DNA of 64,000 nucleotides, taken from positions 74,065,905 through 74,129,904 of the forward strand of contig NC_068990.1 of the NCBI RefSeq assembly GCF_001194135.2, given 5' to 3'. The stretch comes from Octopus bimaculoides (lineage: Eukaryota). Made by a program: the position numbers and the translations under genes. Numbering within the stretch: the stretch's first letter is position 1; each line of letters starts with the position of its first letter. The notes beneath the pieces were generated by a model. That model did not search any database. It saw only the letters and a list, made by a program, of their open reading frames with translations, and was not told where the DNA came from. Of this stretch, positions 52,036 to 64,000 are shown piece by piece.

Positions 52036-52769
52036 TACCTTTGCCTATGTATGTATGTATGTATGTATGTATGTATGTATGTATTGACTGATATTTGAAT
52101 AGCCATATATGTAAAGTTGTGGAAATTTGGAGCTGTGTTTGTACTCCATGGACTCTCAGTATCAAAGGGATGTGATGTGCACAAGGAAGAATTTGATTAA
52201 GCATAGCAAGTCATGGTATCCATGGTATCTGGCTGCAGTCATTCATTTCAAGTACTCATTGAAAAGAGGGGAGGCAAAATGATTCATCTAATATATAATT
52301 AGAAGGATCTTAATGTTTTTAATCTTGTTCAATGCCATGATGAAGTAAGAAGAAATACATAAACACAAAAACTCTTTTGTCTTCTCATTAATAAACAGGA
52401 AGAGATGAGGAATGTTTGCCAGCTCCCCGAATCTTAGCAGTTTGGCAAAAGGGATTGCTAGAAAAGTATTGGGGCCTTAAAGGTGGTGTTCCAGCATGGC
52501 CGTAATCCAATGACTGAACCAAGTAAATGACAAAAGATAAAATCAAGTAGTTTTTGCTGGATGGGTGAAGGAGTGTTTGGCCTTTTGAGGATTTATGAAC
52601 TACTGATTTAATAATTAATGTAATTGATTCATTAACTATATTTTTAGAAAATTCTGGACTGTCAATTCCTGATTATGTAAATCTCATTAAGTTTTATCTG
52701 ACAATATTTACAAAAGAATCTGTTTCATATACATCGTTTGTGCACTGATTGTTTAATACTGCCACTCTG

Positions 52770-53230
52770 TTGGTTATAACAGCAAGTGTTTCAGCTGACT
52801 GATCAATGAAAAGCCTGCTCATGAAATTAACGTGCAAGTGGCTGAGTACTCCACAGATGTCATTTCAAAGATCCAGCTCAACGTCCTTTCTATCTGTTGT
52901 TCTCTCTATATACAACTGGCACTCTGTCAGCTATGATGATGAATGCTCTAGTTGATCTGATCAACAGAGCAGCCTTCTCGTGAAGTTAACTTGCAAGTGG
53001 CTGAGCACTCTACAGACATACGTGCGTAGTTCTCAGGGGTATTCAGCATGACACAGAATGTGATAAGAAGGCTGGCCCTTTGAATTACAGATGCAACTCA
53101 TTTTTGCCAGCTGCGTGAACTGGAGCAACATGACATAAACTGTCTTGCTGAAGGACTCAATGTCTTGCTGGAAATGGTACTCATTACATTACGATTGCGG
53201 GCCAAATATTCTAATCACTAATACATGTAC
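52770..53230 (-). mobile_element. additional SINE-like repeat with an internal tandem duplication
   Basis: gaaattaacgtgcaagtggctgagtactccacaga occurs twice. gccagctgcgtgaactggagcaac..gtcttgctgaaggactcaa is shared with 58915-59060. Confidence 0.55.
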
Positions 53231-54508
53231 CTCCCCATGATTATGTAATGGTTTGGTAGAATCATTAAAGCTTCAGACAAAATGCTTTGCAGTATTTAGT
53301 TTTGACCTTTATGTTTGGGGTTCAAATCCAGTAGCCTCTCCAGCCTGTCCAAATCCAGTGGCCCCTCACACCTACCCTATAATGTCATCCTAAAAATAAA
53401 ACAATCACTTAATCAAAATATTAAAGCTACGAGATAAGTCATCATTAATTCAGAAAAATGTGACTAAAGAATTTTACCTTTAGAAAGAGTAATCTGAATG
53501 CAAAAGGGTTAATAACAATATTGAAGTTGGATTCTAAGGGCCAGGAGAGCAGGTAATATCTTAGCATTAATTTTTGATTCATTATGATAGATACAAGATT
53601 GGAAGTTGTAGCAAGGACTTAGCAGTTCTAATTCAAATGGTACATAGGAAAGAACTGGATTTTCCAAAATGTCAGCAATTATCAAAGACATGATATTACA
53701 ACATGATATTACAACAAGAACAAAAATATATCTAGATAGGGAATGCTTGAGATGGTGAGAAAGTTTTTTATGTTTCGAGCCTATGCTCTTCAACAGAAAG
53801 GAACACAAGGAAATAAATATATATACATCATCATCATCATCATCATCATTTAACATCCATTGTCCATGCTGACATGGGTTGTATGGTCTGACCAGAGTTG
53901 GCAAGCTGGGGAGCTGCACCAGACTCCAGTCTGATTTGGTATGGTTTCAATGGTTGGATGACCTTCCTGATGCCAACCACTTTACAGAGTGTGCTGGGTG
54001 CTTTTACATGGCACAGCCACAAGTACTTTACAACATAAGAGGAACCAGTCTTAACACTTCTATTGCAATATATGCATGTGTGTGTGTGTGCATGTGTAGG
54101 TATGTATATATGTGTATGTGTGTGTGCGCATGTGTGTTGTGTATATGTATATGTGTGTGTGTGTGTGTATGTATATATATATATATANNNNNNNNNNNNN
54201 NNNNNNNNNNNNNNNNNNNNNNNNNNNNNNNNNNNNNNNNNNNNNNNNNNNNNNNNNNNNNNNNNNNNNNNNNNNNNNNNNNNNNNNNNNNNNNNNNNNN
54301 NNNNNNNNNNNNNNNNNNNNNNNNNNNNNNNNNNNNNNNNNNNNNNNNNNNNNNNNNNNNNNNNNNNNNNNNNNNNNNNNNNNNNNNNNNNNNNNNNNNN
54401 NNNNNNNNNNNNNNGTGCATGTGTAGGTATGTATATATGTGTATGTGTGTGTGCGCATGTGTGTTGTGTATATGTATATGTGTGTGTGTGTGTGTATGTA
54501 TATATATA

Positions 54509-55085
54509 GGTGTAGAAGTGGCTGTGTGGTAAGTAGCTTGCTTACAAACCACATGGTCCCAGGTTCAGTCCCACTGTGTGGCACCTTGGGCAAGTGTCTT
54601 CTACTATAGCCTCAGGCTGACCAAAGCCTTGTGAGTGGATTTGGCAGACAGAAACTGAAAGAAGCCCATCGTATATGTGTATATACCGATAAAATAACTA
54701 CTAAGTTTACAAAGAATAAGTCCTGGTGTCGATTTGCTAGACTAAAGGTGGTGCTCCAGCATGGCTGCAGTCAAATGACTGAAACAAGTAAATGAGTAAA
54801 AGAGTATATATGTATGTACTTTAATGTGCATGTGTGTCTCCCTATTTTAGCATTGCACGATGGTTGTAAAAGAGCATAACTGTTGTAAAAATGGTCTTGT
54901 CCATTTCTTGTCTTGTTTGTGACATATCAGACCATGGGAAAATATTACTTTGCTTTGAAACAGATAAAATTTGGAGGCAGGTACAGCATTCCCCTATAGA
55001 AAATTTACCTCACTGAACTTTGTCTGACCTATGCAAGCCTGGGAAAGAAGATATTAAAGAAGGATAATGACAATAACGATGACAA
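54509..55085 (+). mobile_element. SINE family B followed by a segment ending in an RTE-type (GAT/GAC)n tail
   Basis: B head at 54509, B tail to ~54805, then ..acctatgcaagcctgggaaagaagatattaaagaaggataatgac... Confidence 0.7.
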
Positions 55086-55239
55086 CAACGGTGATGATGA
55101 CAATTATAATGATACATAACATGCTAGATGCGAATATGTTGGTTTTGGCACTAGTTACAAATTTTTATGGAATTTGGTCATTACTCCATTTGGCAGCCTT
55201 TTCATGGCAGGAATTAAGTTAGTGTTGTACATATTGGTT

Positions 55240-55420
55240 TCAAATTTTGGTACAAAGCCAACAAGTTTGGAATCAGAGTAAGTTGATTACATTGACTCCA
55301 GTGATCAACTGGTACTTATTTTATTGACCCCAAGAGGCGAAGTCAGCCCTGGCAGCATTTGAACTCAGAATGTAAAGTCAGAAGAGATGCTGCTAAGCAT
55401 ATTTTCTGATACAGTCTCAG
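55240..55420 (-). mobile_element. SINE family A
   Basis: ctggtacttattttattgacccc..gaagtcagccctggcagcatttgaactcagaatgt. Confidence 0.75.
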
Positions 55421-56115
55421 TTCTGCCTGTTTGCCATTTTACATCTCCTGTATTGTACATATTAGAAGCACTTTCTTTATGTTTTTAGCCAGCACATAGG
55501 TTGTCTGGAATCTCTGATAAAAAATATTCAAGTGTTTTCTAAAAATAATATACATTCACTTGTTGATATCTGCAGTATCTTTTGGGCAAGGAAACTGATC
55601 ATTCTACCTAGCTGGACCTGATACTTTTGCACAGGGCAAGCTTAGGGTCTTCACTAGGATAATTATTAGAAACATCCAGCAACATCAATGCATTTCAAAA
55701 AAGATAATAACAAACTCAGTATGTCAAAGCTTTAAAATTAATTATGGTTTAGATAGTAACTGAATAAATGTCTTTGTTTGTATAATTTGTTATTTACCTT
55801 TCATACTGAATTTAATGTTTTAAACAGATTTTTGCAATAATCAGCACAATTCAGATCATTAAACTTATATTCAAGTGAACTCTTTATATCATGAACTTTA
55901 AATCAATTTATAATGTCTATAAAAAAACAACGTCTTTTTTTTAATATATTTCTATGTTTACATATAGTTTTTCTATTTTTACTTCAATAGCGAATACAAT
56001 TCAAACTTCCTTAAAAATAAACACTATATAATACAATTTGAAGGTGGATCCAGAAAAATTGTCGATATATATTACAAACACACAAATACACATGTGTATG
56101 CAAACATACATACAT

Positions 56116-56166
<51 letters not shown>

Positions 56167-56188
56167 CTTATATATGTGCTTACATACA

Positions 56189-56246
<58 letters not shown>

Positions 56247-56372
56247 CACACACATATATCAGTATATCTGTCTATCTATTTATCTATCTATATATGCATT
56301 ATATATAATGTATTCAAACATATATGTACATATATGTACATATATTTATATACCTATATATACCTATATATA

Positions 56373-56484
<112 letters not shown>

Positions 56485-56565
56485 GATATGTATGTATGTA
56501 TTGTGTGAGTGTGTGTGTATATAAATATATACATATATGTATACATGCATATGTGTGAGTATATA

Positions 56566-56615
<50 letters not shown>

Positions 56616-56639
56616 TGTACACATACATATATACATATT

Positions 56640-56670
<31 letters not shown>

Positions 56671-59093
56671 ATTGAATTAACATTATTGTAGCTACTATAA
56701 CAACAATATTCTTTTGACCCTTTACTTTTGTTCACAATATCCCAAGTGGAGAATTCAGTTAAAATTTTCATATATTTTTCCAAGTCACAACCCAGTAAAG
56801 CCAATGTTCTTTTTTTATTATGTGCAACAATGAACTCATAGACTTTATTAGCAAAATTTGTAAACTTGAAATAGTTTGAGTTAATTAAATATATCTGATA
56901 AAATATGAATAACATTTTTCTGATTGTTAAAAAGAAAAAATATTTTTTAAAAAATTACAATGTTATGTTCACTGATTTCTTCTTTTTTAAAAAAAAGATA
57001 AACCAAAATTTAAAAAAATATCTTTACGGAATAAATAATTTACTTCATGAAAGGCTTGCATTTTTTTTTTTTTATATATAGCAAAATACTTTGATTTATT
57101 TTATCATTTCATTTCTATCATGAACAACTGATGTTTTCTTTAATAATGTTTGATGTTCCAACAGCAACATTTCGGTTTCAAATCCTACTGCTTATTTTCA
57201 TATCCCACTTAATTTAATTTAAAAGGGGAACATTGCTTTGTAGCTAAATTGTATGTTTGGTGTTCCTTTATATTTACACAATACATCAAGATAAACCATG
57301 AACAATGACTTTCAAGGTTTAAAACAATAATTTAATATACCTACAAATTACATTGCTTGTCTAGCACTTTCTACTACGTAAATAAACAGAGATACCAGAT
57401 TTTTACAATACTATGTGACCAATTTATCTATCTATCTGTCTTTCTGTCTGTCTGCCTCTCTTTCTGCCTGTCTTTCTGTCTGTCTATCTATCTATTGTTT
57501 ACTTGTTTCAGTCATTTGACTGTAACCATGTTGTGGCATCACCTTGAGGGGTTTTAGTCGAACATATCAATTCCTGGACTTACTTTTTTAAAACCTATTC
57601 TATTGGTGTCTTTTGCTGAACTGCTAAGTTACAGGGATGTAAACACACCAACACTGCTTGTCAAGCAGTAGTGGGAGACAAACACAGAAACACAGACGCA
57701 AATACATACACACACACATACATATATGACTGGCTTCTTTTGGTATCCATCTAACAAATCTACTCACAAAGCTTTGGTTGGCCCGGGGCTATAGGAGAAG
57801 CCACTTGTCCAGGGTGTTATGCAGTGGGACTGAACCTGGAACTTTGTGGCTGGAAAACAAGTTTCTTACCACACAGCCACAACTGCGTTTGTAATATATA
57901 CATATATGTTTGTTATATTTGGGGATGGTCATATTGCTAATAAACACACATCACTATTCATTTCATCTTCACTTCAGCTTTATTATTATCGTTATTATGT
58001 GTATGTGTGTCAAAAGTACTCTAACAAATAAACTAATGATAATGATAAGGCTAAAATTAAGATCAGATAAATAGTGCATGTGTTTATTTACCATCCACAG
58101 ATATATCAATATTTGTTTCAACACACGATGTCACATCAAAAATCTTGCAAATCAAATACACGACTGTATAAATATATATATATTTACAAACACACACACA
58201 CATACACACATTTATAAATGTTTATAATTATATATTTTTTAAAACCAAAACAATGCAATTTATAAAAATCCGAAGTAAAACTATCAACCTGTTTTATTCT
58301 CATAAATTGGATTGATTTGGCTTTAAAAAAATCTAATTATAAATAGTAATATAAATTAGACAATACTTCATGAAAGTTATACTACTCTTATGCATACATA
58401 ACACACACAGATACAGACATACACAGACACACACATACACATACACACACACATTGTCAGTTGATCATATATCCAAACAATGAACACACTCTAGAGCAGT
58501 ATTGTATTTACATGAAGTTAAGTTTATGTCCAGTCATAGAGCGACCAATGGTTTTGCATCCATAACATGCTTAACTTTGTAGATAAATTGTCGGACTCTA
58601 ATGGCCATAACAGTTTTCTACCTCCAGTTTGAAGAGAGTTTATAGGCCTTTGGCCATTCCAGCCTGACGAGTCATCTATAAGGCTAAACGCTTTATGAAT
58701 GAGAAACCATTGGTCACTCTGTGACCAGACACATATTTAACACATATGTAAACACACACACATACACACATATCACTGTATTGATCTGACTGTTGGATGT
58801 TGTTACTCATCGATGGCCACAATGCATATCTTTGCATTGTTTTGGTTTTTGAATGATGCCACGCTGCTGGCCAACATTTTACCCCCCCCCCCCCCAAATG
58901 GCAGTCCATTGCAGGGTTGTCCAATTTACAGCTGAATAGACTGGAGCTATGGGAAATGAAGTGTTTTTCTCAAGAACTACAATACACCACTTACCTGGGA
59001 GCTGAAACCATGAACTTGCAGTTGTGTGTGCAACACCCTAACAACTAGGACAAGTGCCTTCATGTGTGTGTGTATGTGTGTGTGTATGTGTGT

Positions 59094-59126
<33 letters not shown>

Positions 59127-60209
59127 GCTGTCTGTCTGTCTGTCTGTCTCTATTTATCTCTCTTTTTTCCTCTCATTCATTCTCTCTTTCTTTTGATATA
59201 AATATACATATGCATACATACATGCACACACACACACACGCATATATATATATATCATGGAAATTGGATGGTAAATGATAATGATGTTGATATGTGTGTA
59301 TGTGTGTACATATACGTATGTGTAGTTGTGTTTGTGTATGTAGAAAAATAGATGTAAACCTACCACACCTCAACTACAAAATTTAACTGCTTTTGCCTCT
59401 AAGCAATATAAAAATCATATTCGGTTATAAACTTATCAGCTACTAATTCCTGAATTAGAAATAAAGTGCTATAAAAACCTTCAATTACTGACTTAATTGT
59501 ACTACTAATATAATTTCGAACTTTTGATCAGTGCAGTCCTAGTGTGATCCTAGATAATGTTCGTTTAATACCCTGATACCTATCACTTAAAATTCTAATG
59601 AGTCATATAGAGAAAAGAAGAAAAAAAAAAGGAAAGAAATGAAAATAAATAAGAAAAGGAAAATAAGTATACAATAATGTAAATTTCAAAGAAAGTATTT
59701 AAATGCTATATTGAACCCTATAACCTATTGTGTCACTTAAATTTTATGCGGTATAGAGAGCGATGCTGGATGAACAGATGTGGTAAAGTGGGAAGTTCAC
59801 CTGATCAACTTATAGAATTTATGTTCAGAATTCAAATCCTGATGAAGTCAACTTTTTTTTTTTTCATTCTTCCTGGGTTGCTAAAGTAAGTACCAGTTAT
59901 GTGCTTTGTTTTTGTTTGGAACCAGTCTTTGCTTTATTGGTAAAATATGCAATGCTCTCAAAAAAGAAAAAAAGAAGAAATTTCGGGGATAGATATAGAG
60001 AATCTCCAAGTATCAATATAAGAAATATTGATGGAATATTCCCATCAAAACTTCTACCAAGTGCAAACATAACAGGATGGATATTGTTGTTTGGGACAGA
60101 TAAGAAAAAAAGTGTATATACTGTCATAGAAGTCAGCTGCCTTACTGATGTGAATATGTCTTTGAAAATTTAAGAGACAAATGATAAATATGGAAAATTG
60201 CTTCTAAAC

Positions 60210-60455
60210 CAGTGCTTGGCAAGCTTTTTCACTTGTGATACACTTATATTCTTTTCAAAATTCGGTGGCATCCCTGAACTAAAAATATAACTAACAGTAT
60301 AAGGGAAAAAATTATATTCAGGTTACACTGTGACACACCTAGCATCGTCTTTTGGTATACCAGTGTGCCATGGCATATACAGGTTACACTATGGCACACC
60401 AAGCATCGTCTTGTGGCACACCAGTGTGCCATGGTATACCAGTTGCGAAGCACTG
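60210..60455. mobile_element. hAT (Charlie-type) MITE, 246 bp
   Basis: TIRs CAGTGCTTGGCAAG / GTTGCGAAGCACTG. 8-bp target duplication TTCTAAAC / TTCTAAGC. Internal ~60 bp tandem duplication. Confidence 0.85.
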
Positions 60456-61058
60456 TTCTAAGCCTTCAGCTTCTATACCTAGATTATGGATTCACATTTA
60501 AAGCAATATTTTTTTTTACTATGGGCACAAGAACTGGTTCTTATTTTATCAACAGAATAAGGATAAAATATGAAATCGACCTCAATGGAATTTGTCCTCA
60601 GAATATAAAGAGATGGATCATTTATACTAATAATAATTAGTGCACTTGGTTTTGTGAGTAAATGCCAAGGGGATAATGCCAAGGGGATAATGCCAAGAGA
60701 TAAGCTGGGGTTATCAGATAAAAAAAATCAACCAATTAACATGCACATTACAAATAGAATCAGTAAGCAGAATAGTAAAAATGTACAATACTTTTTCTCA
60801 AGTTCAAAGTGTTACATTGCTTTTGTTATTTACTTTCCAACACTTGAAGCTTTGTATCTTTGTTAGAAACTAGTTCTTTCCTTACAAGAAAACTTCAAAT
60901 AATTAAAAATCAGAGATTACTTACATGCATCACTACCTCAATGATATCTTTGAAAGAACCTTGAAGTTTGAAGAGAAATTCAAATAGCAACTATGAGGAG
61001 AAGATTCATTCCAGTAAAAGTTCTATCTCTCTAACTATCTATCTAATTATCTATCTAC

Positions 61059-61120
<62 letters not shown>

Positions 61121-61131
61121 ATCTATGCGTC

Positions 61132-61163
<32 letters not shown>

Positions 61164-61176
61164 TACATACATACAT

Positions 61177-61207
<31 letters not shown>

Positions 61208-61663
61208 TATATATATATGTACATTCATATCTACATACATATATGCAAATAGATAAATAGACACAGAGAAATACAGATATATATAAAAGTACATGTAAAA
61301 TAAAAATTTTCACTACAAAATACAAGAATACAAATTTATGAGATGTTTGCCAGCTTCAATAAGCTTTGGTGTTTCATTAAAATTGCCGGAAAGAAAATTG
61401 TCATTTCTTGGTGCAACCATTAGCTATAAAATACATCTATTTCACAAGTACATAAAATATCTGTATAATTTATTTCTGAATAATTGAAAATAAATTCCAT
61501 GCACCTTTAACCAGCTTTTGCAGTGTTAATTTCTTTATTTTCACACATTTTCCTTTCAAAATGTATTTGTCTCATTTACACAACCTGAAACGTAATATTT
61601 AGTGGATAGCTTCAATTTTATATTTTTACACCTCAAAGCTTATTTCTCTTTATCGTACATATG

Positions 61664-61701
<38 letters not shown>

Positions 61702-62922
61702 NNNNNNNNNNNNNNNNNNNNNNNNNNNNNNNNNNNNNNNNNNNNNNNNNNNNNNNNNNNNNNNNNNNNNNNNNNNNNNNNNNNNNNNNNNNNNNNNNNN
61801 NNNNNNNNNNNNNNNNNNNNNNNNNNNNNNNNNNNNNNNNNNNNNNNNNNNNNNNNNNNNNNNNNNNNNNNNNNNNNNNNNNNNNNNNNNNNNNNNNNNN
61901 NNNNNNNNNNNNNNNNNNNNNNNNNNNNNNNNNNNNNNNNNNNNNNNNNNNNNNNNNNNNNNNNNNNNNNNNNNNNNNNNNNNNNNNNNNNNNNNNNNNN
62001 NNNNNNNNNNNNNNNNNNNNNNNNNNNNNNNNNNNNNNNNNNNNNNNNNNNNNNNNNNNNNNNNNNNNNNNNNNNNNNNNNNNNNNNNNNNNNNNNNNNN
62101 NNNNNNNNNNNNNNNNNNNNNNNNNNNNNNNNNNNNNNNNNNNNNNNNNNNNNNNNNNNNNNNNNNNNNNNNNNNNNNNNNNNNNNNNNNNNNNNNNNNN
62201 NNNNNNNNNNNNNNNNNNNNNNNNNNNNNNNNNNNNNNNNNNNNNNNNNNNNNNNNNNNNNNNNNNNNNNNNNNNNNNNNNNNNNNNNNNNNNNNNNNNN
62301 NNNNNNNNNNNNNNNNNNNNNNNNNNNNNNNNNNNNNNNNNNNNNNNNNNNNNNNNNNNNNNNNNNNNNNNNNNNNNNNNNNNNNNNNNNNNNNNNNNNN
62401 NNNNNNNNNNNNNNNNNNNNNNNNNNNNNNNNNNNNNNNNNNNNNNNNNNNNNNNNNNNNNNNNNGACACTTTACAATATATTAAAATTTGTAGCATTTT
62501 AATTTCTTTTCCAATCATATGTCCATTAAAGTTTTTATTTCTTATTACTAACTCAATAGGCTTCTCGACATTTTAATAAGAAAAGCTAGAATGAGTGTGA
62601 CATGTTGAATGATTCATTCACCTGTTTATTTTCTTCTCAATGCTTTAGGTGAGCTAAAATAATCTTTAGGAGCAGAAAGCATGCAAAGTCTTGAGTGTAT
62701 CTTGAACATACTTTTAAAATAGTGTCATGTATACATAACACTACAGATATGTGTGTGTGCTTGAGCATATATCATCATCGTCGTTTACCGTCCATCTCCT
62801 GAACAGGCATGGATATGATGGTTGACAGGAGCTGACCAGGATGAAAACTATCCTAGGCTATGGTGTCTGTTTTGGAAGTGTTTTTACAACTGGATGCCCT
62901 TCCTAACACCAATCCCTCTGCA

Positions 62923-62957
<35 letters not shown>

Positions 62958-63240
62958 ATGTGAGTGTAGATATATATATAAGTGTATATATAAGAAGAAT
63001 GTTTATAATTCAAGTCATAATTATAACTAAGAGGGTTTCAAAACCCTTACATGTTTAGAAATAGCAATCAAAACCGCTATAAAGCCATTTAAATCACTCA
63101 TATTATTTCTCTTCACTATAAATGTCTGTGGGCAACATGACAAATAGAATCCACAACTTAGAAATAACTTGTTAATTCCCTATTGCAATTTCGTCATTAG
63201 GGATCCATATTAAGGAATCCATTCATCTCATCTGGGGAAT

Positions 63241-63383
63241 ATCAACACAAGACCTTACCTTGGGGCTAACACATATCCCGGCCGGCAAGAGAAACTTGAA
63301 TGTGTAGATAGAGGTTGACACATTTCTCTTGCTGGTCGTTAGCATGTTAGCATGTTAGCCCCAAGGTAAGGTCTTGTGTTGAT
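63241..63383. repeat. long hairpin with a perfect 31-bp inverted repeat
   Basis: atcaacacaagaccttaccttggggctaaca (63241-63271) is the exact reverse complement of 63353-63383. Inner pairings gccggcaagagaaa/tttctcttgctggt and aatgtgt/acacatt. Confidence 0.9.
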
Positions 63384-63737
63384 TTCTATCTATAGGAATA
63401 TTCCACTGATGAATATTCCCCTGAGGGCATATTCTGCTCTAATGTTTTAGAGTGTGCTTTTCGACATGTTCAAGAAAGAACATGTCTCCACTACAACATA
63501 GAAGAACTTCTATGTTTTTTGTTTATCTCCTTAACTTCTTGGAGATTTTAGGTATTATCATACTAATGTGTCCATCTTTTCTAACTTAATTAAATTCTAT
63601 GTCTTTGTGCAACTGAGGATTGGTCTGCATTTTAAATTGATGTAATGATAATATTGTTCAATTAAATGGAGTTGCATGAAACGATTGTACTGCATTACCT
63701 CTGGATATTCTTGTTGCTTATTTTGATTTATATATAT

Positions 63738-64000
63738 GAATGGGAGAAAGAGAGCCTGCCTTATGTCGACCCAATAGAGGGACCAGCTATCCGAGTTGAT
63801 AGTACCAGGGTAGATAAAGCAATTAAGAGTATGAAGACCGGGAAAGCCCCCGGCCCATCAGGAATCACTGCAGAGATGCTCAAAATATCTGGCAGTGTTG
63901 GCTATAGCCTAGTCACCCGTATTACGAACCAGGTGATACACGAAGGAGTCATACCCTATGACTGGTGTAGCAGCATCATAGTCAACTGCTACAAAGGTAA
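63738..64000 (+). mobile_element. RTE-clade LINE ORF (pre-RT region), 5'-truncated, runs off the window
   Basis: Uninterrupted frame EWEKESLPYVDPIEGPAIRVDSTRVDKAIKSMKTGKAPGPSGITAEMLK..EGVIPYDWCSSIIVNCYKG, showing the K.GKAPGPxGI.AE and P.DW..S.IV..YK motifs. Confidence 0.9.

Noticed and set aside
58660-58700. CTGACGA-gtc..ggc-TAAAC hammerhead-like string
   Set aside because: The invariant G of GAAA is absent, and stem III and the NUH triplet do not form.
60657-60705. Three 14-bp tandem units aatgccaagggat-like
   Set aside because: An ordinary short slippage repeat with no further structure.

Overview
AT-rich, repeat-dense eukaryotic DNA with five large N gaps. The SINE, MITE and microsatellite content looks like an octopus (cephalopod) genome; this is an inference from repeat motifs, not a database result. 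No host protein-coding gene can be confidently identified, and almost every long ORF in the track is a microsatellite or N-gap artefact. Supportable features are decayed mobile elements: mariner, Tc1 and pogo transposase remnants, a hAT remnant, hAT- and piggyBac-type MITEs, R4/Dong-type LINE fragments in (TAA)n tracts, RTE, CR1-like, L1/Tx1-like and Penelope-like remnants, a probable solo LTR, a Helitron with a helicase fragment, and three SINE families. The most interesting observations are (1) two minimal hammerhead ribozyme motifs in a dispersed repeat, (2) a ~900 bp Helitron-borne array whose unit overlaps STAT, ETS, HSE and kB-like motifs, (3) an unidentified ~550 bp element that always lies beside (TAA)n and Dong fragments, (4) a CpG-retaining domain (~17.4-33.2 kb) between CpG-decayed flanks, (5) an X-box plus CRE cluster, and (6) a highly structured hairpin region near 63.2-63.5 kb. 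All alignments, translations and folds were done by eye.
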